From contig NC_058368.1 in NCBI RefSeq assembly GCF_018350175.1, forward strand, positions 219,730,001 through 219,794,000: 64,000 bases of DNA, read 5' to 3'. This DNA comes from Felis catus (Eukaryota). Made by a program: the position numbers and the translations under genes. Positions 1 through 12,230 of the stretch are shown here, piece by piece. The notes beneath the pieces were generated by a model. It made no database searches and was not told where the DNA came from. It saw nothing but the letters and a program-made list of their open reading frames with translations. Position 1 is the first letter of the stretch. Every line of letters begins with the position of its first letter.

Positions 1-416
1 TGTAATCATCAAGACTGTATGGTATTGGCACAAAAACAGATACATTGTTCAATGGAAAAGAAAGGAGAACTCAGAAATGGACCCATAAATAAATGGCCAA
101 CTAATCTTCGACAAAGCAGGAAAGAGTATCCAATGAAAAAGAGACAGTGTCTTTGGCAAATGGTGCTGGGAGAACTGGACAGCAACATGAAGAAAAATGA
201 AACTGGATCACCCTCTTACACCATACACAAAAATAAATTCAAAACGGATGAAAGCCATACAAGTGAGATAGGAAACCATCAAAATCCTACAGGAGAAAAC
301 AGGCAACAACATCTTTGATCTCACCTATAGCAACTTCTTACTAGACATATCTCTGAAGACAAGGGAAATAAAAGCAAAAATGAACTATTGAGACCTCATC
401 AAGATAAAAAGCTCCT

Positions 417-638
417 GGGGTGCCTTTGTGGCTCAGTTGATTAAGCATCCAACTTCGGCTCAGATCATGATCTTGCAGTTCATGAATTTGAGCCCTGCAT
501 TGGGCTCTGTGCTCATAACTCAGAGCCTGGAGCCTGCTTCAGATTCTGTGCCTCCCTCTCTCTCTCTGCCTTTCCCCTGCTCGCACTCTGTCTCTCTCTC
601 TTTCAAAAATATAACAAACATTAAAAATGTTTTTTAAT
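417..638 (+). mobile_element. Can-SINE (SINEC_Fc-type) inserted in L1
   Basis: tRNA-derived head gtggctcagttgattaag, (CT) tract, A-rich tail. TSD aagataaaaagctcct (401-416) / aagataaaaagcttct (639-654). Confidence 0.95.
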
Positions 639-777
639 AAGATAAAAAGCTTCTGCACAGCAAAGGAAACAATCAACTAAACTACATGGCAACTGATGGA
701 ATAGGAGAAGATATTTGCAAATGACATATCAGATAAAGGGTTAGTATCCAAAATCTATAAAAAACTTACCAAACTCA

Positions 778-933
778 GGGCACCTGGGTGGCTCAGTTGT
801 TTAAGTGGCCTACTGCGGCTCAGGTCATGATCTTGTGGTCTGTAGGTTTGAGCCCTGCATCAGGTTCTTTGCTGACAACTCAGAGCCTGGAGCTTGCATT
901 GGATTCCGTGTCTCCCTCTCTCTCTGGCCCTGC

Positions 934-986
<53 letters not shown>

Positions 987-1017
987 AAATAAATATTAAA
1001 AATTTTAATTAAAAAAT
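778..1017 (+). mobile_element. Can-SINE inserted in L1
   Basis: gggcacctgggtggctcag head, (CT)n, A tail. Perfect 15-bp TSD aacttaccaaactca (763-777 / 1018-1032). Confidence 0.95.
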
Positions 1018-1530
1018 AACTTACCAAACTCAACACCCATAAAACAAATAATCCAGTGAAGAAATGGGTAGAAGACATGAAGAGATACTTTTCCAAAGAA
1101 GATATCCAAATGGCAAACAGACACATGAAAAGATGTTTAATATGGCTCATTGTCAGGGAAATACAAATCAAAATCACAATGAGATATCACCTCACACGGG
1201 TCAGAATGGCTAAAATTAACAACTCAAGAAACAACAGATGGTGGCGAGAATGTACAGAAATGTACAGAAAGGGGAACCCTGTTGCACTGTTGGTGGGAGT
1301 GCAAACTGGTGCAGCCACTCTGGAAAACATAATGGAGGTTACTCAAAAAATTAAAAATAAAACTATCCTACAACTCAGCAATTGCACTACTAGGAATTTA
1401 TCCAAAGGACACAAAAATGCAGATTTGAAGAGGTACATGCACCCCAATGTTTATAGCAGTGCTATCAACAATAGCCAAATTATGGAAAGAGCCCAAATGT
1501 CCATCAACTGAAGAACTGATTAAGAAGATG

Positions 1531-1600
1531 TGATATATATATATATATATATATGTATATATGTGTACATATATATGTGTATATATATATATACATATAC

Positions 1601-1633
<33 letters not shown>

Positions 1634-1668
1634 CACATATATATGTATATGTATATATATATACATAC
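1531..1668. repeat. Imperfect (TA)/(TG)/(CA) compound microsatellite inside L1
   Basis: Directly visible alternating purine-pyrimidine tract. Confidence 0.95.
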
Positions 1669-2107
1669 AGTGGAATCCTACTCAGCAATGAAAAGTAATG
1701 AAATCTTGCCATTTGCAACAACGTGGATGGAACTGGAAGTTATTATGCTTAAGCGAAATACGTCAGAGAAAAGACAGATATTATATGATTTCACTCATAT
1801 GTATAATTTGAGAAATTTAAGAGATAAACATAGGGGAAGTGAAAGAAAAATAAGATAAAAACAGAGAGTTTTAACAGTTCTCTTAAATACAGAGAACAAA
1901 CGGATGGCAGATGTGGGTGGGAAGGTGGGGGATGGGTTAAATGGGTGATGGGCATTAAGGAGGGCACTTTTTGGGATGAGCACTGGGTGTTGTATGTAAG
2001 TGATGAATCATTGGCTTCTACTCCTGAAGCTAAGAGTACACTGTATGTTAAATAACTTGAGAATAAAAACAATTAAAAAGTAAATAATAAATAAACATTA
2101 CAAAAAG

Positions 2108-2535
2108 AGCAACTTTAGCTTGACATTAGGCTGATCTCCAAGATCCTGTAAGTCTTTTTTTAACATAAAAAATCTCTTTGGAAACTTATTTTCGCTCTAT
2201 TTCCCCAAGATATATGTTAGCAAGCATCCTCCAAGTATTTGGCCCACTGATATATATCTATAGGGTCTCATGACTAAGATTGTACTAAGACCTTAGTTAA
2301 TGACCTAGCCCTTCAAGGTCCTAGAAATTTTGCTTCCAAATTCATTAGAGACTTACACTATCCCTAACCCCCTCCCAACTTAACAATATATAACCAATCA
2401 CTCCTCACTATCCCAGTGAAGTTCTTTCTGCCCACGGGTCCTTTCCCTGTGCTTTAGTAAAACCACCTTTTCTGCACTGAAAATGCCTCAAAAATTCTTT
2501 CTTGACTGTTTGCTCCTAGACCCCACATCACATCA
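2108..2535 (+). mobile_element. ERV1-class LTR, 3' portion (carnivore-type solo LTR fragment)
   Basis: TATA-like atatataa near 2386, polyA-like agtaaa near 2456, terminal ...ccccacatca. The segment ctttctgcccacgggtcct...gctttagtaaaaccacc resembles carnivore LTRs as I recall them. Confidence 0.6.
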
Positions 2536-2882
2536 CATCAACAGAAGCACAGGAAAGAAAAGAAATTTGAGAAAATAAAAGCAAAAACAAAAGTGATACA
2601 GTAAATAACATTTAAGAAAGTTAGAAGGCCTGTACAAAATTTAAAACATTTCAGAAATTAAATTTTCAGAAATAAAACAGAAAAAGTTGCAAGAAAGACA
2701 TTTTTGATAGAAAAAAAAAAAGACAAGACATCGTTTTCTAGGTAAAATGCCTAATGAAGAATAAATAGATGAAATTAAGCCTAACAAAGACACATTTTCT
2801 GGAGAAACAATGCAATGAATAAGGTCTATAATACAATGAATAAAGGCCAGCAAGGTCTTGTGCATAGTTTTCCTTTCTCTAA

Positions 2883-2883
<1 letters not shown>

Positions 2884-2932
<49 letters not shown>
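2884..2932 (+). repeat. Pure poly(A) tract, 49 nt
   Basis: Counted directly. Confidence 0.95.
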
Positions 2933-2934
<2 letters not shown>

Positions 2935-3059
2935 AGAGAGAGAGAAAGAAAAAGGAAAAACAGGCCAGACCATGGTATGTCTAGATGTAACAGTAGATTT
3001 GTATTCCAGATAAGGATGCTATTCCTGTATTAGGTTTCTAGCCTTTATATTTATGGAAG

Positions 3060-3340
3060 AAAAAAATTTTTGACATTTTAGAACACTGCAGACAAGGAGG
3101 AAACTATGTATTTCTAGAGCAAATGGACCATATTGTAAGGATTGAGGATAAAGAATTAGGGTGGCTACAGACTATTGTAACATTGAAATCTAGAAGTCAG
3201 TTCAGCAATGCTCTTAATACCATAAAAATTATTTCAGGCTCTTACTCTATATGCCATCAAACCATCAAGCAAGTGACAGCATAGAATAAAGACATCCTTT
3301 TTTCTCCAATGCACAAGGTCAGAAAACTTTCACTCACCAA
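3060..3340 (+). mobile_element. Ancient L1M/HAL1-like ORF1-region fragment
   Basis: aacattgaaatctagaagtcagttcagcaatgc...accatcaagcaagtgacagcatagaataaagacat resembles old L1 ORF1 consensus. Highly diverged. Confidence 0.55.
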
Positions 3341-3900
3341 AAATGATGGAATTAGAAATTTGAGGCAGGGCATGGAGCATCTACAACAGAAGACAAGAAA
3401 AGTAATCTCGATTATAAAGAAAGAATATTTCATTCTTAGAGATGTGCCAGTCCACTTTGAAGCAAATTATAAAGTCTGGGTGAGAGATCTCCAGTGAGAA
3501 AAAAATAATAGAATATCTGTAGTTTTCAACTGATTTGAGAGGATAAATGGATACCTGTGGCATCTGTGAGGCTGGAATAGTGTTTAAATACTAACAAAGC
3601 CAAGTGAACAAATATAAGGCAAATATCATATAGGGAAAACAAAATTATGTATAGAAAAGGAAAAGTACTAATGAATAAAAACATGGCAGAATTCCATTTA
3701 GTCATCTCATTTAGTCACAAAATGTTAAAAAAGAATATAGATTTAAAATTATGATATGGGGCACCGAGTGGCTCAGTTGGTTGATCGACCTACTCTTGAT
3801 TTCAGCTCAAGTCATGATCTCACAGTTCGTGAGTTCGAGCCCCACATCTGGCCCTGTGCTAACAGTGTGGAACCTGCTTAGGAGTCTGTCTCTCTCTTTT

Positions 3901-3952
<52 letters not shown>

Positions 3953-3988
3953 CCCTGTCTAAATCTCTAAAAAAAATAAGCAGTTTTT

Positions 3989-4205
3989 AAATTTCTTTTT
4001 AATGTTTATTCACTTTTGAGAGAGAGAGAGAGACAGAGAGAGAGGGGGGCACCTAGGTAGCTCAGTCGGTTGCGACTTTAGCTCAGGTCATGATCTCAAG
4101 GTTGGTAACTTCAAGCCCCACGTCGGGGCTCTGTGCTGACTGCTTAGAGCCTGGAGTCTGCTTTAGATTCTGTGTTTCCCTCTCTTCTGTGCCCCTCCCC
4201 TGCTT

Positions 4206-4250
<45 letters not shown>

Positions 4251-4419
4251 ATCAAATAAACATTAAAAAAAATTGTTAGAGAGAGAGAGAGAGTATGAGC
4301 AGGCTCCAGGCATTGTGCTGTCAGCACAGAGGCTGACACAAGGCTTGAACCCACAAACTGTGAGATCATGACCTGAGCTGAAATTGGATGCTCAACTGAC
4401 TGAGCCACTCAGGCGATCC
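3989..4419 (-). mobile_element. Can-SINE B (antisense, inserted in the tail of SINE A, itself split by SINE C)
   Basis: T-rich tail and (GA)n at 3989-4044; body resumes 4278-4419 ending ctgagccactcaggcgatcc. TSD aaataagcagttttt (3974-3988) / aaacaagcacttttt (4423-4437). Confidence 0.9.
4045..4277 (+). mobile_element. Can-SINE C (inserted in the (GA)n tract of SINE B)
   Basis: Head gggggcacctaggtagctcagtcggtt, (CT)n, aaataaacattaaaaaa tail, flanked on both sides by (AG)n. Confidence 0.9.
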
Positions 4420-5091
4420 AATAAACAAGCACTTTTTTAAAAATTATGACATAAATATTGAGAGCATGAGAGAATGGCAAGAGTGTACGTATGTGGTGTA
4501 TGTGGACAAAGAGAGCCAAATATTAATTTCCATGTTAGGAAGTTAATATATAATAAATAAATTTGAAAAATCTAGAAATTGTTATTTGGAAATGGTACTT
4601 AGAGAGGTGTTAATAAATACACAATGTAGTGCATGAATGAGTTGGAAATAATTGCCGCTTTATGGAGTAAGTATAAGATTAGCAAAGAAAAGGTATTTTT
4701 TTCTGAAATAATTTGATTAAAAATAATATAAAAGGAAAAGAATGGTGATGGACAAATATATAGGAAATTCATGTTAAAGATCCTCTCATGATTATTGGTT
4801 GGGTTTGTATTCTAAGGGAATGTGGAATAAATCTTCAAGTAGGAGAGTAGAGATAATTTTTTTGAGATAATATTTCTCAAATTGTCACTAAAATACCAAA
4901 GAAAAAATCGTCAATCTTTTTTTGACTTTTATATTACGACATGCTTCTACTTCTATTGCATTAAAAAGTTCTTGATTTTCATGCATTCTTTTGTTCAAAT
5001 ATAGATGTATATTTGTTTATGCTTATATTTCACAAAAAGAGACCAGAAAATAAGGAGTCTATAAAATTAATATAAATACAATTGTATAGAT

Positions 5092-6350
5092 GAGTAGTTC
5101 TTGCAGTTGTTGACTTCAGAACTCCTTTACATTCTTAAAAGTTATTGAATAACTAAGAAGCTTCTTTTATGTAGCAAAGTCTATCGATGTTTACCATTTA
5201 GAAATTGAATCTGGGCAACTCTTAGAATATTTATGTAACAATTTGCTTGAAAAAACAATGGTAAGCCATTACATGTTAACATATGGATTTTATAAAACTA
5301 CTTTTAACAAAATGTAAAGCAACTATTGAAGAGTGGCTTTATCTTACATTTTTTGCAAATCACTTTAAATACTGACTTAACAGAAGATAGCTGACTTACT
5401 ATAAATTGTCTGCATTCAAGCTGTTTAAGTGTATAGTTTGAAGTCACATATCTGAGAAAATCAGGCCTCATACAGATGTATTTGTCTAAGGGAATAGGAT
5501 CTTAAAAAGAAAGAGCACTTTATAATAGTATTTTCAGGTAATTATGAATACTCATCTTTGATATTACACCAATACTTGGCAAGGAAGTTTCTTAAAGGTT
5601 AATTGTAATGTGGAATCTACAACCAAATCAAGTAATTTTTTATTACTTTGTTACATTAAAACCCAATAGCCTATCTTGTACTTTCAAAGGATCTTTTATC
5701 CATGCATATTTTGTAATAGCCTGCATTGTTCACTTGGAAAATATTTGTTACTACATTGTGCAGGTTTTCCAAGATTTGACACATTTTATTATGTATATCT
5801 AAAGTCACATTTTTAATTTCTCTTATGATTTAATCAGAAAGCCTGTAAGTGTTGGCAAGCTGTCAAGTTCACAGAGACAGATACAAGTTCTCCAAATTTA
5901 CAATTTTCTCTTGAGAGATTGATTTGCATGATTGGCATCAAATATTGTGTGTTGACTTCTTTGAAGTGACAGCCTCATTTGATGCATTTTTGAAAAAAAT
6001 CTGTAAATAAACAAGACTGACAAACCATAACCTTTCTTTTAGAGATTGTTCCAATGAAAAATTCTGTTCCTTGAAAAAAAGCTGATAGTTGAGCTTGCAA
6101 CTCAAAAAATTGGCTTTCCTTGAGACAGCTGTTGTACCTCATAAGGCAGCAGAAGTGCTTTATGCAAAATTCCCATTTCTTCACACAAAAGACTAAACAG
6201 TATTCAAGGCTAAAATGTATTCAAGTGTCAACATTAAATTAAATTAATAATTGTTTAATGCTTCATCAGGAACATTTTTATCTGTGAGTGTGGAATGGTG
6301 AAGAATTCAATGACCACTAGTCAAGATTGATACCACATTGAGAACTGCTG
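5092..6350 (-). mobile_element. Charlie1-type hAT DNA transposon, internally deleted, with transposase remnant
   Basis: Terminal inverted repeats gagtagttctt (5092) and ccacattgagaactgctg (ends 6350), matching CAGCGGTTCTC-type ends. Minus-strand translation near 6120-6180 gives EMGILHKALLLPYEVQQLSQGK, a decayed form of the Charlie LLLHTEVRWLSRGK motif. Confidence 0.85.
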
Positions 6351-6748
6351 ACAAACTATAAAGAACTGCTGAATAGTCTTTCCAATTGTATTTGAAATTA
6401 ATCATGTACAATATTTGTAATGATGACTTTTAAACAACCAGACATTCTAGAAATATATCTCAGTACTTATTTTTGGAAATTCATGCATTTGTTTCTACCA
6501 AGAGAACACATTTTGCTCTAAAAAATCCAAAATGTAAAATAGCATTTCATTAGTATGGGGAAGAAATATTTTATGACGTCCATTAACTATCAGTACACAT
6601 ATAAAGAAAAGGTTCTGGTTTTGTTTCAAATACATATTGGAAAATATACATATGTTCGCAGAGAATTCTCAACTAGATATTTTTATAATAAGTTTATATG
6701 AAGGATTTTTCTGAAAGGATTATTTATGATAATGAAAGGTCACTTTTA

Positions 6749-6958
6749 GGGGCGCCTGGGTGGCTCAGTCGGTTAAGCGTCCGACTTCAACTCAGGTCAT
6801 GATCTCACGGTCTGTGAGTTCGAGCCCCGCGTTGGGCTCTGTGCTGACAGCTCAGAGCCTGGAGCCTGCTTCAGATTCTGTGTCTCCCTCTCTCTCTGAC
6901 CCTCCCCCATTCATGCTCTGTCTCTCTCTGTCTCAAAAATAAATAAACATTAAAAAAA
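6749..6958 (+). mobile_element. Young Can-SINE (SINEC_Fc)
   Basis: Near-consensus ggggcgcctgggtggctcagtcggttaagcgtccgact. TSD aaaggtcactttta / aaaggtaactttta. Confidence 0.97.
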
Positions 6959-7174
6959 AAAGGTAACTTTTAAATTTTATCTCTTACCTACTACAGGTAA
7001 TGTAAAAATTTCATATGCTCTGGTCACTATGTTATTTCGAGATTGTGTAGTAGTCCTTTTTTGTTTTTGATGGATGATTATTCCTAGTGAAGAGTAATTG
7101 AGGTGCATATTGAAGGACTATATTTTTAAAATTTTGAATTTTTGAAAAGAGTCTCAGTGTTTTTGTGTGCTTAG

Positions 7175-7290
7175 CTATTTTTTATTATTTTTAAGTCTTT
7201 AATATAAATCTAGTTACTTAACATACACCATAATATTAGTTTCAAGGGTACAATTAGTGAGTCAACACTTCTACACAACACCTGGTGCTT
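7175..7290 (-). mobile_element. Very short 5'-truncated carnivore L1 3' end
   Basis: T-rich tail followed by aacatacaccataatattagtttcaagggtacaattagtgagtcaacacttctacacaacacctggtgct, resembling the reverse complement of a carnivore L1 3' UTR. Confidence 0.65.
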
Positions 7291-9229
7291 TACAGTTTTT
7301 TACAGACATTGCATTTAAAACTTGTAGGTAAAATTTTTAAAACCATTCTGAGTTAACGTATATTACATATATTAGTGAGATTTCTAAATAACCTTTGTGG
7401 GGCAAATAATTATAGTTTATCTCAGAAGACATGTAAAATTGCTTATTTAAACTGTAAAGTAAAATTCTTAAATGCTTTATTTCTCACAATTGAAAATGTA
7501 TTTCAGTCTTTTTGCTATTTTCTAAATCTAGGTAAGTCTGATAGAAAATCAAATGTCATATCTTTAAAATAGTTTCTTTTAAAAGTAATACCAATAGTAT
7601 TTACTTGAAATGTTCACAAATTAGTATACTTTTACTGCAAATAGAAATATAATAACTATTCATTTACTTAAGATTTAGGGTTAAGTGTACACAATCCTGT
7701 TAACATTTTAAAATGTAGACTAACAGAAGATATTTGCATTTTCTTAACATTAGGATTGACTACTGTAATATCTTCCAGATTACTATCTGATGCTTGTGAT
7801 AGGAACAACCTCATGGACAGTCCTTAAACTATAACAGCTTCAATTTTCTCCCAGATGGATAACAACTTGCATCAACAGCTGTTCCATCTTTGCCTAGGGG
7901 CCAACAAAGACCCTGATTCTGAAAGAGAGACAAACTAGCTAAGGGCAATGAGCCGATGATCAGGGCATTTGAACTTGGACAGTCATTCACTCATTTATGT
8001 AAACAAGCAAGTTTAGACTCATGCTTTGTCATGTAAGCTTTAGTTTTTAATTCAAAAGCATTGATCTCATAGAGATTTAATATTGCAACTTAATATGAAG
8101 TAACTAGAAAATTATGTACTGGAAATTTTTACATATAAATTATGAGTTAGCTTGGTTTTCTAGAATGTGAAGCATGTTTACACATAGTAGAGACATCTTT
8201 AAGGTGCTGTATCTTCTCACTGGCATGTATCTTTCCCAAATATTCTAATATTAACATGACATGATATCAAACTTTCAGAGTTTTGGCCTGGACCACTGTG
8301 ATGGCTGTAGAATGAGATGTGGAGAATTAGAGTGAGGTGAGGGAAAACCAACGGACGGGATTGAAAAAGCATTTTTGAAATCTGAAAACAAAGCAAAAAC
8401 CTTTAAATATCAGCCCAACAGTTCTCTCCAAAATGAACTATTTCACAATAACTCACTAAAAGTATACCCATTATTCCCCTGCCCATTCTCCACTGATGAA
8501 GCCATAGGTTTAAGGCAGTAGCTGTTATTTTCCTCTTTCTTGGGCTATAAAAACAGATGAGAATTTATCAAAACACAGGGATTTGGAGTCAGAACAGAGC
8601 TTCAGTTTCTGCATGTGTAAAATGGAACTGTTCCAAATGAATGTATGGTGTTAGAAGTCAGAAAACTGGTTACTGTTAGGGGAGGGATGGTCACGAGGTG
8701 TAGGTGGTTTCTTGCCAACAGCCACTCTGATTCCACTTTAAAATGGCTCCGTTCAGATCAATTTTTCACACAATATAGATTAAATTTAACTTAAAAAATA
8801 GAGATGTCCGTTTTATCATTATTCAGACAGCCTCATTTTTGCGTGTGAACCTTCGTTACCTGCACACATATATACAGACACATAGATGTAACAGGAAAGG
8901 AGAAAATATAAGTGAAGCAATGTCTGGGGACAAAAGTTGTGATTGAGAGGAAAACTGTGGATGAGGTAGGCAGCTTTGTGAATTGTCACTGTGAGTTACA
9001 TACTTGGTTACTTTGAGTAGCGCCTCAGAACACCTGAGAACCTGGACTGCACCAATGGAGTTTGTAGTTACGATGGCTTCCTCGGAAAAATCACCCTTCA
9101 GTGTAGAAAGGATAGAAAGGAGACTGAATAAGCAGGAGAGCAAAGGCATTTGGACCATGGTAGATGCCACAAAAAGAGTATAGATGAGATTTCTTTTTTT
9201 AAATGGAGATCACAAAGAATACAATTGCT

Positions 9230-9591
9230 TTCGCCTTGGGGGCCATACAAAAGTGACGGCTATTACCGCAGCATCTGTGGCTGGTGCTAAGTGCTGATGT
9301 CGACAGGGCAGAGCTCCTGAATATTTCTTTTCAAAATGCTGGCATTTGAGTCCTTTCTCATGTTCTCCATAATATCCAGAAACAAAGATTAATTGCCATG
9401 GAAACTATGGTGAAACTACATATTTAGATAGATAAATATATCATTTGATAGATAAATGGAATGGTAATGGATATTTGCATTTAGATATTTAGGAATGGAT
9501 CCAAACGGATTGTGAACAAAGGCTCTGGTCTTGTATTCTCCAACACTCTATTTTTAAAATAGTTTTTTTTAAAGTTTAGGTTTTTTATTTA

Positions 9592-9639
<48 letters not shown>

Positions 9640-10660
9640 GCCTGTGAGCAGGGGAGGGGCAGAGAGACAGTTAATCCTAAACAGACTCTGCCGCTGTCAA
9701 CACGGGGTTACACGGGGCTCCATCCCATGAACCACGAGGTCACGACCCACGACCTGAGCCAAAATCAAGAATCTGTCGCTTAACCGACAGGGCCCCGCAG
9801 GCGCCCCTTTTTAAACATTTTTTTAAAGTCTATTTTGGCCCAACACTTTAATTTTAAAGGAATTTTGCATTTCTTCTAGGCTCACTAGTTGTTTTTTTTT
9901 TTTTTTTTTTTTGGGGGGGGGGGAGGAAGAAGGAGGAGTAACTCATGTGAGGAACTTCTGAAAATAACAGAAGGACTTTATAAGGCGTCGCATTTGTTCA
10001 CAGAATTTGAAGTGCACAGCACTTCACAGGGAACGGGATGGAAGAGGGCAAGAGGGGTTCCCAGATGCCTGTGTAACAGCTCACAATTAAGGCCATGTAC
10101 ACAGGGAGAGATCCTAGGTTATTATAAAGAACAGCTACGGTCAGCATTAAGAAGCACGTGCGATGTGTGAGAACATGGCTCGACAGCACGCACACACTGG
10201 AAATGAACCCAAAAGACAGGCCCGGTCAGAAAGCTGAGGAGTCTTTACAGTGCGTCCAGGGAGCCCAGGCATCATATCTGTGATGGGGGTGCGGCAGTTG
10301 TGATTGGAGTTGCCCCCGGGGATGGCGGAAATTGCAGCTCAAATCATCCCAGGCTCTATAACAGAGAATTAAAAATTTGTTTTCAATGGCCAGGTTTATA
10401 AAAAGGATGAAATTACAAGGTTAGGCCTTGATCTTCTGTGAAAAAAGGGTTTCCCTTCATGCATAAAGAGTGAATTCCTGAAAGGAAGGTCAGCTTTTCA
10501 TTGCCACTTTGCACCTGAGCTAAGCTAGACATGGGTGGTAAGAGGGGGAGGAGGGGGAACAGGATGTGTGCCTTGCACGGAGTGGCAGAAAATAGGAGGA
10601 CGCAAGGGTAATTTAACCTACTTTTGCTGCTGTACCCCCTGCACTCGTGAGAGCATTAAA
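9230..10660. promoter_or_regulatory. Candidate CpG-retaining regulatory region (weak promoter/enhancer)
   Basis: 13 CpGs hand-counted in 9961-10330 against a strongly CpG-depleted background. RFX X-box-like ttgccatggaaac (9393-9405), E-box cacgtg (10155-10160), reverse CCAAT attgg (10303-10307), YY1-like gatggcgg (10321-10328). Confidence 0.4.
9563..9807 (-). mobile_element. Can-SINE, older subfamily, unusually CpG-rich
   Basis: T-rich tail, (GA)n, gacctgagccaaaatcaagaatc, terminal caggcgcccc. Confidence 0.9.
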
Positions 10661-11820
10661 TGGGAGGATCAACTCATTTAAACCAGTTATTTTGGGAGTA
10701 AAAAGAGATGCTGTTAATAATTAGGTTGGACAATGGGTGTAAATTGGGATGTATGGGAACACTATCATTAAGGCAGTTTTTGCATGCATCAGCTAGAATG
10801 TTCATGACATGGGAGAGCACAGTTAATCCATTTATTCAAGACTTGAATTCTTTGTCATTTGGACCTTTTAGCACTGCCAGAGCTGTGGGAGATAACTGCT
10901 TCCCTGATATGTATCACTTACTGAATTGTCTTCCGACTTACATCTTTGTAGGTCTTGAACAAGATTGTGAATATCTTCTGATAAGGGACTATGCTTAGCA
11001 TTCTATATATGACACAAAATCTATACATTAAGGTAAAACTAGAAGAAAATTTAGGAAGAAGGGAAAAAAGATTACTGTTTTTAAAATAACAGTTAAATCT
11101 CAAATCCTCCTTCTTTTATTCTTTCCATTGTTTGTGGTGATTAAAAGAAAATGTGGCATGAGACTAAAACATCAAAACTACAGAAAAAAAATCACATAGT
11201 TTGCTAATTATTGGTTTTTTTTTAATCTCTAAGTGGTCTGTTTACAAAATTCCTTTGTCAATATTTGGGCATTGATTATGAAAATTAAATGGTTTTAATT
11301 TCATCTGTATCTTCATCAACTTAAAAGAAAAAAATAAAAATTAATAAGCTACCAAGAGTTAAAATAAAATATGCAAAATGAATTTCTCATAAATATTTCA
11401 ATCACACATTGCAAGCATTTATTTTTTCCCAAACATAGCAAAGAAATATATGCCAAAATACAGGAGTGAAACTTACCAGATGTCCAACAGCCTCAAGCCA
11501 CACAGATATTGGTCAAAACTTGAAAATTCACAGATGTAAGACAGTCTGTTATTCTGCTTCAAGCACTAAGTCACTGAAGTGTATGACATCAAATAAATAT
11601 ATTTATACTTTACTTTTATAATTTTGATTAAATGAAGACTTTCAATTTATAGTATATAAGCATTGTTTCGCAAATTCTATTTATGCCATTTTATCCATAG
11701 TCATATGGATGGGATAGAATATTTCACAGGCTAAATAACATTTAAGTGTAGATATCCACAGCTAAATAAAGTTTATTAATGCATTATTGAAAATCAACTT
11801 TGTTTTAAATAATGCATTTT

Positions 11821-12021
11821 TTTACTGTTTATTTATTTTGACAGAGAGGGAGAGAGAGACAGAGCTTGAGGGGGGAGGGGCAGAGAGAGAGGGAGACACA
11901 CAATCCAAAGCAGGCTCTAGGCTCTGAGTGGTCAGCACAGAGACTGATGTGGGGCCTGAACTCACAGACAGCAAGATCATGACCTGAGCCCAAGTTGGAT
12001 GCCCAACCTGCTGAGCGCCCC
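11821..12021 (-). mobile_element. Can-SINE
   Basis: TSD aaataatgcatttt (11807-11820) / aaataatgtatttt (12024-12037); small deletion in head. Confidence 0.93.
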
Positions 12022-12230
12022 TCAAATAATGTATTTTATAAAAATACAACAGAACACATTCAAGACCTAAAGTAGAATTTACTATTTTTTATTTAATTAA
12101 TGGGCATCAAGTGCCTATGATGCAGCAAGATTTGTGCAAGACACAGTGCCCGGAAAATGGAATCTTGATTTCTTTTTTCATGGAGGTTATGTTCTATTAA
12201 CAAAGGTGTCTCATGAACCCATTTTTTCTT

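Larger units (their letters stand above)
1..2100 (+). mobile_element. LINE-1 3' end (carnivore/felid type): disrupted ORF2 C-terminus, 3' UTR and A-rich tail; 5' part runs off the window
   Basis: ORF2 C-terminal peptides recognisable across frames ([42 protein letters not shown] near 1279-1326; [13 protein letters not shown]). G-rich 3' UTR at 1900-2000 and aataaa/A-rich tail at 2062-2100. Interrupted by two SINEs and a microsatellite. Confidence 0.95.
3758..4439 (+). mobile_element. Can-SINE A (outer element of a triple nest; body 3758-3988, tail resumes near 4423)
   Basis: Head ggggcaccgagtggctcag. TSD aaaattatgatat (3745-3757) / aaaattatgacat (4440-4452) encloses two further SINEs. Confidence 0.9.

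Noticed and set aside
19..2072. ORFs 19-318, 860-1177, 1056-1511, 1398-1721, 1553-1858, 1791-2072 as genes
   Set aside because: All are sense or antisense frames of a broken L1 ORF2/3' UTR, SINEs or a microsatellite.
11471..11580. Minus-strand donor G|GTAAGT with peptide RLSYICEFSSFDQYLCGLRLLDI
   Set aside because: No convincing acceptor before an in-frame stop, and no recognisable protein.
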